NCBI GenBank assembly: GCA_026393985.1
Contig: JAPKZB010000080.1
Coordinates: forward strand, 71,584-135,583
Direction: 5' to 3'
Length of the DNA: 64,000 bases
Source of the DNA: Acidobacteriota bacterium
GTDB lineage: Bacteria > Acidobacteriota > Terriglobia > Bryobacterales > Bryobacteraceae
Shown: positions 37,955 to 47,007 of the stretch, piece after piece
Layout: each line of letters starts with the position of its first letter
Position numbering within the stretch: position 1 is the stretch's first letter
Notes under the pieces: model-generated
Told to the model about the DNA's origin: nothing
The model's input: only the letters and a program-made list of their open reading frames with translations
Databases searched by the model: none
Program-made: the position numbers and the translations under genes

Positions 37955-39097
37955 CTAGACCTTAACCCACTTCTGCTTCTTGGCCGATTCGGCCACCTTT
38001 TCAAGCAGAATCATGCCGCGCAAGCCGTCCTCAAAGGTCGGGTAGTCCACCGGCGCCGACGGGTCGGCCACCTTGCGGTAGAAGCGCTTGTAGAGCGCCT
38101 TGTGCGAGTCATCGTAGCCCTCGCTGTGGCCGCCGGGCAGTTCGGCGTATTCGGCCGCCTTCGGATGCAGCAGCGAACCATCTTTGACAATCAGTTGATT
38201 CGGGTGGTTCCGGTGGCCGATCCACAACCGGTCCGGCTCCTCCTGATTCCACTGCACGCCGGCCTTGGTGCCGTAGATTTCAAAGGCGAAGCGGTTCTTA
38301 CAGCCCGCGGCCACCTGGCTTACGGTGAAAGCGCCCCGGGCGCGGTCGCCGAGGTGCAGCATCACGGCGCCCCAGTCGTCGGTCGTGATCTCGACGTCCT
38401 CGTAATCTTTGGGTTTCAACTTCTTGCCGGCGAAGGTCTGGATGGCGACCTTCGGCTTCTTCCGGGTCTTGCGGAAGGTGGCCAGGTCGGCGCAGACGCC
38501 GGTAATGGGCAGGCCGGTGAGATGTTGAATCATGTCCATCCAGTGCGAGCCGATGTCTCCCATGGCGCGCAGCGCGCCGTTGCGCTCGGTCTCAATGCGC
38601 CAGTTGTAGTCGGTCTCATAGAGCAGCCAGTCCTGCGAATAGGTGCCCTGCACGTGCAGAATCTCGCCCAGTTCGCCCGACTCAATGATCCGCCGGATAT
38701 GCTGCACCACCGGGTAGTAACGCAGGTTATGGCAGACCGCGTTGGCCAGATTGTTCTTGGCCGCCAGCGCCACCATCGCCTTAGCCTCTTTCGAGGTGAC
38801 CGTCAGCGGTTTTTCGCACAACACCGCCTTGCCCGCTTCGAGTGCGGCCATCGACATCGGGTAATGCAGCGCATTGGGCGTCAGCACGTGGACGGCGTCA
38901 ATCGAAGCATCGGCGAGCAGCGTCTTATAGTCGCCCGTCGAACGCTCCACTCCCATGGCCGCGGCAAAGCTCTTGGCCGAGGCCTCCGAGGAGCCGGCCA
39001 CAGCGACAACTTCTACGTTGCCCAGCCGACGAACGCCTTCAATGTGAACCCGGCCCATGAACCCGGTGCCGAAGATTGCGGTGGTCAGTTTCTTCAT
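37955..39097 (-). CDS. Gfo/Idh/MocA family oxidoreductase
   Basis: IFGTGFMGRVH Rossmann motif and the CEKPL motif. Confidence 0.88.
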   Translation of the reverse strand: MKKLTTAIFGTGFMGRVHIEGVRRLGNVEVVAVAGSSEASAKSFAAAMGVERSTGDYKTLLADASIDAVHVLTPNALHYPMSMAALEAGKAVLCEKPLTVTSKEAKAMVALAAKNNLANAVCHNLRYYPVVQHIRRIIESGELGEILHVQGTYSQDWLLYETDYNWRIETERNGALRAMGDIGSHWMDMIQHLTGLPITGVCADLATFRKTRKKPKVAIQTFAGKKLKPKDYEDVEITTDDWGAVMLHLGDRARGAFTVSQVAAGCKNRFAFEIYGTKAGVQWNQEEPDRLWIGHRNHPNQLIVKDGSLLHPKAAEYAELPGGHSEGYDDSHKALYKRFYRKVADPSAPVDYPTFEDGLRGMILLEKVAESAKKQKWVKV

Positions 39098-39116
39098 ACC
39101 CTAACTCTATCTTAGA

Positions 39117-39422
39117 GTGGGCTATGCTGTTAACAGCTTCCCTATGAGGTTGACCATTCGCTTAGGCTCCGGACCGCGTGTCAAGCGGAGAGGTACCCGG
39201 AATCAGCGGCTCGCGCTGGCGGCCGCCGCTCTCCTGATCCCGTTTTCTCTCATGGCCTTCGCGCTCGGTTTCTGGCGCCTGGCGGCTGACATGCAGTGGG
39301 CGAAACAGTTCGCCTTCGCCGAAGGCCCTCTCTCGCACTGGCAGATCTGGATCGGCGTCGGGCTGTTTCTGCAGGCGGCGGCGGCGCTGCTCAACCGCTA
39401 CGGCACCCCATCGTCCGAGTAG
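39117..39422 (+). CDS. Hypothetical membrane protein
   Basis: Two hydrophobic helices. The start is uncertain (GTG 39117 or ATG 39144). Confidence 0.45.
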   Translation: MGYAVNSFPMRLTIRLGSGPRVKRRGTRNQRLALAAAALLIPFSLMAFALGFWRLAADMQWAKQFAFAEGPLSHWQIWIGVGLFLQAAAALLNRYGTPSSE

Positions 39423-39480
39423 GGAACCTCAGGCGCTTCGAATGCGTCTATGGGCGTGAGCGAGTGCTGCTATTCTGAAA

Positions 39481-40251
39481 ATGTCCATGGGCTCCCCCTT
39501 CCGCTCCTTCTCTTCGGGACCGTCATCTTCGGGCTTTGTTACTCCCGGCGTGAAGTGGCTGTTGATCGGCAACACAGCGATTTTTGTCTTCACACTATTG
39601 GGCAGAGCCTTCGCCGGGTGGCACTTTCAGGCGTTTAAACTCATTCCGCAGGACGTTTTCTCGGGCAGCCTCTGGCAGTTGGTCACCTACCAGTTCCTGC
39701 ATGATGTGAATGGCTTCCAGCACATCCTGTTCAACATGGTCTCGCTGTTCTTCACTGGCCCCATGCTTGAAAGCGCGTGGGGCACTACCCGCTTTCTCCG
39801 CTACTACCTGCTGAGCGGCATCGGTGCCGGCATCCTCGTCTGCCTGGCGAGCGTGCCCTTTGGGACGACCGAACAGGTCACCGTCGGCTGCAGCGGCTCC
39901 ATTTTCGGCCTGATGATCGCCTACGGCCTTCTCTTCCCCAACCTCCTGTTTTTCGGCGCCATTCCCGCCCGCTACTTCGTCATGATTTTTGGCGCCATCA
40001 GCCTGCTCGGGGCGATCGCCATGGACGGTACCCGCGTCAGTTATATCGCCCACCTCGGCGGACTGTTGACCGGCTGGCTCCTGATCCGGACCGGAACGCT
40101 GCAGCGCCTCGGCGGTAAGCCCGGCAAGGCCTGGGATCCGTTGGCTTCGTTTCGTCAACAGTGGAAAGAGTGGAAACTCCGCCGGGCCCGCAGAAAGTTC
40201 CAGGTCTACATGAAGCAGAAGAGCGGACGGGACCCGTTCGACGTTCAATAG
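39481..40251 (+). CDS. Rhomboid family intramembrane serine protease
   Basis: Catalytic GCSGSIFG and AHLGGLLTG motifs with a polytopic layout. Confidence 0.88.
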   Translation: MSMGSPFRSFSSGPSSSGFVTPGVKWLLIGNTAIFVFTLLGRAFAGWHFQAFKLIPQDVFSGSLWQLVTYQFLHDVNGFQHILFNMVSLFFTGPMLESAWGTTRFLRYYLLSGIGAGILVCLASVPFGTTEQVTVGCSGSIFGLMIAYGLLFPNLLFFGAIPARYFVMIFGAISLLGAIAMDGTRVSYIAHLGGLLTGWLLIRTGTLQRLGGKPGKAWDPLASFRQQWKEWKLRRARRKFQVYMKQKSGRDPFDVQ

Positions 40252-40258
40252 GAGTAGA

Positions 40259-41404
40259 GTGTTCCTCATGCGCAATCGTCTTTTCCTGCTCGCGTTCGTT
40301 TTCACGATGTCGTTCTCGGTGGTGTGGAGCCAGCAAGGCCCCGGACCCATCGGGTCCGAGACCAAGGCAAGACCGCGCAAGAAGACCGCCGAAGGCGCGC
40401 CCGCCCCGGAACCGGAACAACAAAAGGTCGAGTCGAAGTTTAAGAAGAAAGAAGGCGATCAACTGCCCGAGGGTCTGCCCACCTTCAAAAGCGACGTGGC
40501 CACGGTCAGCGTCGATGTGGCCGTGCTCGACAAGAACGGCCGCTTCATCCCCAACATCCCCCGCGGCAACTTCCGGATTCTCGAAGACGACGTCCCGCAG
40601 AACATCGGCGGCTTCACCATGGGTGAGGCGCCGATGACGGTCTGCCTCGTCATCGAGTTCTCGAACCTCTACCAGCAATACTGGAGTTCCGGCTGGTATG
40701 AGACTCTGCAGGCCTCCTACGGCTTCCTCGAAACCCTGAAGCCGGAAGACTACGTCGCCGTGGTCGCCTACGATCTGCGCAGCGAGATCCTCAGCGACTT
40801 CTCCACCGACAAGCGCAAAGCCTACGAAGCCATGCAGCGGCTCCGCATAGCCGCCTACAGCGAAAGCAACCTCTACGATGCCCTGACCGATACGGCCGAC
40901 CGCATGTCTACCATCGAAGGCCGCAAAGCCATCGTCGTCATCGCCAGCGGTGTCGATACCTTTTCAAAGCTCACCTTCGACAAGACCCGGAAATCGCTCC
41001 AGCAGAGCAGCGTACCCATTTACGCCATTGGCATTATGCAGGCGCTCCGCGAGTGGATGGACTCCCGCGGATACATGGGTGCGATCGAGCGGCTCGACTT
41101 CCTCCAGGCCGACAATCAGATGCGCACCTTCGCCCGCGAAACCGGCGGCCAGTCCTATTTCCCCCGCTTTTTCGGCGAGTTCCCCAATATTTACCAGCAG
41201 ATTCACCAAGCCCTGCGCAACCAGTACGCCATTACTTACACCCCGACCAACCAGGCCAAGGACGGCAAATTCCGCAAGATCAGGGTGCAACTGGTCAACC
41301 CGGCCACCAACGAACCCCTGCGCATCGTCGACGAGAAGGGCAAGCCGATGAAGTACACCATCATTGCCAAGGCCGGCTACAACGCGCCCAAAGAAGTCGA
41401 ATAG
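40259..41404 (+). CDS. VWA domain protein of the acidobacterial VWFA-related type
   Basis: Signal peptide, the VSVDVAVLDKNGRFI...NFRILEDDVPQ module, then a VWA fold. Confidence 0.8.
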   Translation: MFLMRNRLFLLAFVFTMSFSVVWSQQGPGPIGSETKARPRKKTAEGAPAPEPEQQKVESKFKKKEGDQLPEGLPTFKSDVATVSVDVAVLDKNGRFIPNIPRGNFRILEDDVPQNIGGFTMGEAPMTVCLVIEFSNLYQQYWSSGWYETLQASYGFLETLKPEDYVAVVAYDLRSEILSDFSTDKRKAYEAMQRLRIAAYSESNLYDALTDTADRMSTIEGRKAIVVIASGVDTFSKLTFDKTRKSLQQSSVPIYAIGIMQALREWMDSRGYMGAIERLDFLQADNQMRTFARETGGQSYFPRFFGEFPNIYQQIHQALRNQYAITYTPTNQAKDGKFRKIRVQLVNPATNEPLRIVDEKGKPMKYTIIAKAGYNAPKEVE

Positions 41405-41447
41405 TCAAGAAAAACATCTGACGCGTTTTGATGCCGATACAAGTGCG

Positions 41448-41477
41448 TTGACACTCCGTTTACGCCTCTGTTAACGT
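41448..41477 (+). promoter_or_regulatory. Possible sigma-70-type promoter
   Basis: TTGACA-N18-TAACGT, ending about 22 nt upstream of the receiver gene. Confidence 0.25.
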
Positions 41478-41499
41478 CTGGTAGTCTTCTGTTGCCTCA

Positions 41500-41955
41500 A
41501 TGAAGTTGAAAGCTGAAAGAACGCCTCCGGCAGCCGTGTCTTTGCTGCTGGTAGACGACAACGCCTCCGGTTTGGCAGCTCGTACGATGGTACTTGCCGA
41601 ACTGGGTTACGAGATCACCACTGCACCGAATGCTGAAAAAGCCATAGAGTTGTTTCGCCAGAGTCCGTTCCCGCTGTTGGTAACCGACTACAAGATGCCC
41701 GGCCAGAACGGCGTCGAATTAATCCAGGCAGTAAGAGAAATCGCCCCGCAGACGCGCATTGTTCTCATCTCCGGTTTTGTGGATGCCATGGGCATCACCG
41801 AAGAGAACAGCGGCGCCGATGCGGTCATCATGAAAAGCGCTAACGAAGTTCTCCAACTCGTTCGCACCATCAACCGGCTCAGCAAGCGTTCCGCCGCCAA
41901 GCAGCCCGCCCGGGCCAAAGGTGCGTTAAAGCTGAGGAAGTCCGCCGGGTCCTGA
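41500..41955 (+). CDS. Stand-alone response regulator receiver (CheY-like)
   Basis: LLLVDDN, the phospho-acceptor context LLVTDYKMPGQNG, and a conserved Lys region. Confidence 0.85.
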   Translation: MKLKAERTPPAAVSLLLVDDNASGLAARTMVLAELGYEITTAPNAEKAIELFRQSPFPLLVTDYKMPGQNGVELIQAVREIAPQTRIVLISGFVDAMGITEENSGADAVIMKSANEVLQLVRTINRLSKRSAAKQPARAKGALKLRKSAGS

Positions 41956-41959
41956 TAGC

Positions 41960-42774
41960 ATGGGCAAGCTGCCTCGCTGGCGCCTTGCCCTATTCCTCCT
42001 CCTCGCCGCTCTCCTCGCCCCCCTCCTCCGGGCCGCGCCCCCCGCGAGGAGAGCCGAGCCCGCCAGCCCCCTGCAGCGGTGGCTGAATGCCATGACGCCC
42101 CGCCAGCGCGCGGCGCAACTCGTCATGATCAAAAGTACCGGCGCGCTGCCGCCCACCCGCTCGCGCGCGTATCGCGTCTTTGTACAGTCGGTGCAGACGG
42201 ACGGCGTCGGCGGCGTCGGCGTCAACAACCGCGTCGGCCGCGCCGGGGCCGTCAACGCCGAACCCTTTGAAATCGTCTCGTTCCTCAACCGGATGCAGAA
42301 ACTCTCCCGCATCCCCCTGTTGATCGGCGGAGACTTCGAGCGCGGCGCCTCCATGCGCGTCGCCGGAACCATCAAATATCCCCACGCGATGGCCTTCGCC
42401 GCCACCGGCAGCCCGGAGTACTCCCGCGAGCTTGGCCGCGCCACCGCGCGCGAAGCCCGGGCGCTCGGGGTGCACTGGATTTACGCGCCCGACGCCGACG
42501 TCAACAACAACCCGGCAAACCCGATCATCAACATCCGCTCCTACGGCGAAAATCCACACCTGGTCGCGCAACACGTCAAAGCCTACCTCGAAGGCGCCCG
42601 CCGCGACCCCGACCATACGGTCCTCGTCACCCTCAAACACTTTCCCGGCCACGGCGACACGGCTGTAGATTCGCACGCCGGCATGCCCCGGCTCGACGTG
42701 GACCGCGAGCGGCCGTGCGCGCTCTGTTCGGCGATGCCCCGATGACCGGCAAAAAAGTGGTAACTGTGGAGTAA
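41960..42774 (+). pseudogene. Glycoside hydrolase family 3 gene remnant (internal out-of-frame deletion)
   Basis: The N-terminal GH3 domain runs up to KHFPGHGDTAVDSH and the frame then stops at 42745. A different frame reads AAVRALFGDAPMTGKKVVTVE*, which resembles the GH3 C-terminal LFG..P.G.LP.T motif. That frame ends in TAATG, coupled to the next gene. Confidence 0.6.
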
Positions 42775-43463
42775 TGCCGCAAATCACCTGGTTAGGCCAC
42801 TCCACCTTTTCGTTGACCCTCGCCTCGGGCGAGGTGATCGTGATTGATCCCTTCATCGCCGGAAACCCCAGTTTCCCGGCCGGCTACGCCTTCTCGCGGG
42901 TCGATACGATCCTAATCACCCACGGCCATGGCGACCACCTGAGCGGGGTGCAGGGTCTGGCCGACGAGTTCGCGCCGCACGTGGTGGCCAACTATGAGAT
43001 CTGCAACTGGCTCACCGCTCAGGGCGTGAAGAATACGGCGCCCATGAACTTCGGCGGCACGGTACCCATCGGTGGCGTAAAGGTCACCATGACCCCGGCG
43101 CTGCATTCGAGCGCCATCGAACAGCCCGATGGCCGCAACGTCTACGGCGGCCAACCCGGCGGCTACGTCGTCCGGTTCGACGATGGGCGAGCCGCCTACT
43201 TCGCCGGCGACACCGATGTGTTCGGCGACATGGCCCTGATTCGCGAGATGCATGCGCCGGAGCTGGCCGTGCTCCCCATCGGCGACGTGTACACGATGAG
43301 TCCGCGCGGGGCCGCCGTGGCGGCCCGACTGCTGCAGCCGAAGCTCATCGTCCCGGCGCACTATGGCACCTTCCCGGTCCTCACCGGCACGCCCGCCGAG
43401 TTGCAGGCACTGGTGGAGGTCCCGGTTCTGGTGCTCACCCCGGGCCAGCCCGTTACTTGGTAG
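42774..43463 (+). CDS. Metal-dependent hydrolase, MBL fold (UPF0173 type)
   Basis: ITWLGHSTF and ILITHGHGDHL motifs. Confidence 0.88.
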   Translation: MPQITWLGHSTFSLTLASGEVIVIDPFIAGNPSFPAGYAFSRVDTILITHGHGDHLSGVQGLADEFAPHVVANYEICNWLTAQGVKNTAPMNFGGTVPIGGVKVTMTPALHSSAIEQPDGRNVYGGQPGGYVVRFDDGRAAYFAGDTDVFGDMALIREMHAPELAVLPIGDVYTMSPRGAAVAARLLQPKLIVPAHYGTFPVLTGTPAELQALVEVPVLVLTPGQPVTW

Positions 43464-44085
43464 CCTTGGCTTCCTTCAAGCGAATGTTGCGGAACTCGAC
43501 CTTCATGTCGGGTCCGCGGTGCAGCTGGATGGCCAGGATACCGGAGGGCTTGGAGGTGTCCTTCAGCTCGCTGGTCACCTGGCCATTGATCTTGATCACG
43601 ATGTTCTCGCCAATGGCGGAGAGCTCAATCTGGTTCCACTCGTCTTTCTTGTAGAACTTCTCGCCCTTACCCTTCCAGCCGTTGACGATCACGCCGCGCT
43701 TGCCCTTCTCGTCGTAGATGGAGCCGGTCCAGTTGTCGTAGGCGATGTCGGCCTGCAGACCCTGCACGACGAAATCGGGCAGCTCCGCGCTGCGGAACTG
43801 AATGCCGGAATTGTGATTCCGCAGCTTGAATTCAGCGCGCACAACAAAGTCGCTGTACTCGCGTTCCGAGATCAGAAAGGTATTATTGTTGATCTTCACC
43901 CCATCGGTGGAGCCGATCAGGATCCCTTTTTCCACTTTCCAGAGGCGGGAGTCGCCCTTCCAGCCCTTCAGCGACTTGTTTAGCAGGGGCTTGAAGCCTT
44001 CTTTCTTTTCCGCCTTATCGAGTTGGGCAAACAGCGACGTGCAGACGAGCGTGCAGACGAGTAGGAGTAGAGTTGCGCGTTTCAC
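43453..44085 (-). CDS. DUF1080 (3-keto-disaccharide hydrolase-like) secreted protein
   Basis: Signal peptide, W..W.VE.G.L pattern, and Y.DF..R.EF.....NSGI. GTG 44085 is preferred over ATG 44124, which would overlap the P450 start. Confidence 0.8.
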   Translation of the reverse strand: MKRATLLLLVCTLVCTSLFAQLDKAEKKEGFKPLLNKSLKGWKGDSRLWKVEKGILIGSTDGVKINNNTFLISEREYSDFVVRAEFKLRNHNSGIQFRSAELPDFVVQGLQADIAYDNWTGSIYDEKGKRGVIVNGWKGKGEKFYKKDEWNQIELSAIGENIVIKINGQVTSELKDTSKPSGILAIQLHRGPDMKVEFRNIRLKEAKATK

Positions 44086-44110
44086 AGCATAAATCCTATC
44101 ATCAAGAGCA

Positions 44111-45418
44111 TTGAGCCGCGCCAAAATCTCTCCTTGGGAGATGATCCAGAATCCCCTGCGCTACTTCGCGCACCTCGCCGACTCGCAAGGTCCCCGCGCC
44201 CATCTGCAGTTGGGCAATCGTCACTTCTACCTTCTCAACGACCCGGAACTCATCCGCGACCTGTTGATTACGCAAGGCGCGCTGTTTGAAAAATTCCCGC
44301 GCATTGAACGCACCAAAGGGCTGTTCGGCGAAGGGCTGTTGACCAGCGAAGACCCCATCCATCTCCGGCAGCGGCGGCTGATGCAGCCCGCCTTCCAGCG
44401 TGAGCGCATCGCCGAATACGGCCGCATGATGACGCGCTGCACCCAAGCGCTGATGGCCCACTGGCGGGACGGCCAGGAGATCGACGCCACGGCCGCCATG
44501 AGCGAACTCACGCTCGAGATCGTCGCCCGCAGCCTGTTTACCACCGAAGCCGGCGACAAGGCGGCCACCATCGCCCACGAACTCGAAGTCGTGCTGAAGA
44601 TGCTGAACCAGCTGGTGATGCCCTGGGGCCCGCTGCTGCTTGGCCTGCCCCTGCCGGCCAGCCTCCGCTACCGGGCCGCGCTCCGAAAGCTCGACGCGAT
44701 CGTCTACGGCATCATCGACGAGCGCCTCGCGAGTGGCCGCGAGCACGACGACCTGCTCGGCATGCTGCTCAGCGTCCGCGACGCCGATACCGGCGAGCGG
44801 ATGGACCGCCTGCAGATCCGCGACGAGGTGATGACCATTTTTGTCGCCGGCCACGAAACCGCGGCCAACGCGCTGGCCTGGACGCTCTATCTGCTCTCGG
44901 AAAATCCAGACGCCCGCCGGCAGTTGGAGGCCGAACTCGACGCGGTGCTCGGCGGCCGGCCGCCCGGCCCGGAGGACTACCCGAATCTGCCCTTCTGCCA
45001 GCGCGTGTTCCAGGAATCAATGCGCCTGTATCCGCCCGTCTGGATCCTGGGAAGGCGGGCGCTTGCCCCCTACACGTTTCAGGATTTCGCGGCCCCCCAA
45101 GGGTCGATTCTGCTGGTTTGCATGGCCGTGCTGCACCGGCGGGCCGAGTTCTATCCCGACCCGGACCGTTTTCTGCCGGACCGCTGGCTGCAATCAAACG
45201 CGCCGAAGTTCGCCTTCATGCCCTTCGGCGGCGGCGGCCGCCTCTGCATCGGCGAGCGCTACGCGTGGATGGAAGGGGTTCTCTGCCTAGCCAACCTGGC
45301 GCAGCGTTACCGGTTGGACCTGCTTGCGGGCCACCAGGTGGAGCCGCTGGGGCTGCTCACCCTCCGGCCGAAGCATGGTCTGCGGATGCGGATAAGCCAC
45401 CGGGTCGAGCAGCGATAG
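44111..45418 (+). CDS. Cytochrome P450
   Basis: Heme loop FMPFGGGGRLCIGERYA, the EXXR motif (ESMR) and the AGHETAA I-helix. The start is TTG 44111 or ATG 44141. Confidence 0.92.
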   Translation: MSRAKISPWEMIQNPLRYFAHLADSQGPRAHLQLGNRHFYLLNDPELIRDLLITQGALFEKFPRIERTKGLFGEGLLTSEDPIHLRQRRLMQPAFQRERIAEYGRMMTRCTQALMAHWRDGQEIDATAAMSELTLEIVARSLFTTEAGDKAATIAHELEVVLKMLNQLVMPWGPLLLGLPLPASLRYRAALRKLDAIVYGIIDERLASGREHDDLLGMLLSVRDADTGERMDRLQIRDEVMTIFVAGHETAANALAWTLYLLSENPDARRQLEAELDAVLGGRPPGPEDYPNLPFCQRVFQESMRLYPPVWILGRRALAPYTFQDFAAPQGSILLVCMAVLHRRAEFYPDPDRFLPDRWLQSNAPKFAFMPFGGGGRLCIGERYAWMEGVLCLANLAQRYRLDLLAGHQVEPLGLLTLRPKHGLRMRISHRVEQR

Positions 45419-45637
45419 GGACGCCGCGGGTGGGTTCGGCGAGTTGGTCTCGCGCACGGCGCGGTAATAGGATCGCTCGGCCGATTCCACATGGCGCTGG
45501 GCCAGTTCAAAGGCAGCGCCCACGGCGACGTTCTCCGGGTTGGCGGCGAAACGCTCGAGCAGGCTCGTCTCCAGCCGCTGGGCCCGATCCAGCCGGGCCT
45601 GGGCGATGGCAATCTGGCAGGGAAAACTTTTCTTCAT
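45287..45637 (-). CDS. Hypothetical protein (3' end overlaps the P450 gene)
   Basis: Third codon positions are G/C-rich and the N-terminal part looks helical. It has a 132-nt convergent overlap with the P450 gene, so the true 3' end is doubtful. Confidence 0.4.
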   Translation of the reverse strand: MKKSFPCQIAIAQARLDRAQRLETSLLERFAANPENVAVGAAFELAQRHVESAERSYYRAVRETNSPNPPAASLSLLDPVAYPHPQTMLRPEGEQPQRLHLVARKQVQPVTLRQVG

Positions 45638-45921
45638 GCCTACAACCTACGGCCGGCGCCTTCGCCAAGCAGCTCCCGAACCCAGGCAAGTGGTTGATAA
45701 AAAAAGGAAAATAAATTTAGACCGGGTGTCACCCATTGAGCGAAGCCTCGCGTTGCCGGGGAGCCGGGCGCCGGAAAATTGCCGGATTAGGAAGCGATGC
45801 GGCGAGGTACCAGCGGCCTTAGTACCAGTTCAATACAGGTACTTATGAGGCGGTTCTGGGAGCACCGTAATCTTGTTTGCAGAGTTGGCGCGGGCTAGTC
45901 TTTCCATAGGGACAAATCAGC

Positions 45922-46233
45922 GTGAGTCAGCTCATCTACCAATACTCTTACCTGCAGATGCTGGACTTTCTGACCACCGTCGCTTTCCTGTTAAACGGGG
46001 TCAAGGAAGGCAATCCCGTGGTGCGATGGGCGATCTCCGCGGCACCGTCGCCGGTTCTGGGGCTGCTGCTGGTCAAGCTGGCCGCTATCGCCCTTGGCGT
46101 CTACTGCTGGCACACTGGTAAGCTCCGCCTGCTGTCGAAAATCAACATCGGCTTTGCGGCGCTTATTGCGTGGAATCTCTTCTCGCTGATCCTGAAGTCC
46201 GCTCAGCCGGTCTCCGGATCGATTCTCCAGTGA
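45922..46233 (+). CDS. DUF5658-like small membrane protein
   Basis: LDFLTT....G..EGNP motif and three TM helices. Uses a GTG start. Confidence 0.65.
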   Translation: MSQLIYQYSYLQMLDFLTTVAFLLNGVKEGNPVVRWAISAAPSPVLGLLLVKLAAIALGVYCWHTGKLRLLSKINIGFAALIAWNLFSLILKSAQPVSGSILQ

Positions 46234-46237
46234 CGGC

Positions 46238-46969
46238 TTAGCGGGCCGAAGTGGCGCCTTCGGCGGCCTCATCGGGGGAGCCGAGCGCGCCACTGTCATT
46301 AAAGCTGTAGCCGAACCCGCGCACACTGCGGATGTAGTGCGGGTTGGCCGGGTCCTTTTCCACCTTCTGGCGGAGCCGCAACACGTAGACGTCCACCGTG
46401 CGGTCCGTCACCGCGCGGTCATGCCCCCACACCGCATTCAGCAGTTGCTCGCGGCTGAAGACCACGCCCGGGCGCGACATCAGAAACTCGAGCAGGCGGA
46501 ATTCGGTAGCCGTCAGGGTCAGCTCCTCGCCGCTCAGATAGACCCGGCAGGCGTTGCGGTCGAGTTCCAGCGTACCCGCTTTAAGCGAACGCACCGGCTG
46601 CGCTTGCCCGCGGAACTGAATCTTGATGCGGGCAATGAGTTCGCGGACAAAGAACGGCTTGACGATGTAGTCGTTGGCGCCGAGTTCGAGGCCGACGATG
46701 CGGTCGGTTTCCGTGGCGCGCGCCGTCAGAAAAATCACCGGGATGTTGGCCAGCTCCGGATGACTGCGGATGGCCTTGCAGATTTCGAGCCCGTCGGAAT
46801 CCGGCAGCATGATGTCGAGGATGACCAGGTCCGGACGCTCCCGTTTACAAAGCTCCAGCGCGCCTTTGCCCGTCTGCGACCCCGCGAAAAAGTAACCTTC
46901 TTTTTCGAGGTTGTACTTTAACAGCGCGAACAGGTCGGCATCGTCTTCGATCAGCACAATCTTTTTCAT
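46238..46969 (-). CDS. OmpR/PhoB-family response regulator
   Basis: The receiver domain (DLVILDIMLPDSDG, LTAR..E.DR..GLE.GA.DYI.KPF) is closely PhoB-like. It is followed by a winged-helix output domain. Confidence 0.92.
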   Translation of the reverse strand: MKKIVLIEDDADLFALLKYNLEKEGYFFAGSQTGKGALELCKRERPDLVILDIMLPDSDGLEICKAIRSHPELANIPVIFLTARATETDRIVGLELGANDYIVKPFFVRELIARIKIQFRGQAQPVRSLKAGTLELDRNACRVYLSGEELTLTATEFRLLEFLMSRPGVVFSREQLLNAVWGHDRAVTDRTVDVYVLRLRQKVEKDPANPHYIRSVRGFGYSFNDSGALGSPDEAAEGATSAR

Positions 46970-47007
46970 GACTTCTTCACGCTACTGCGACAATCATTTC
47001 AATTCAA

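Noticed and set aside
41990-42856. 288-aa minus-strand ORF antisense to the GH3 remnant.
   Set aside because: It is a low-complexity Gly/Ala/Arg-rich shadow ORF. It crosses the start of the MBL-fold hydrolase gene.
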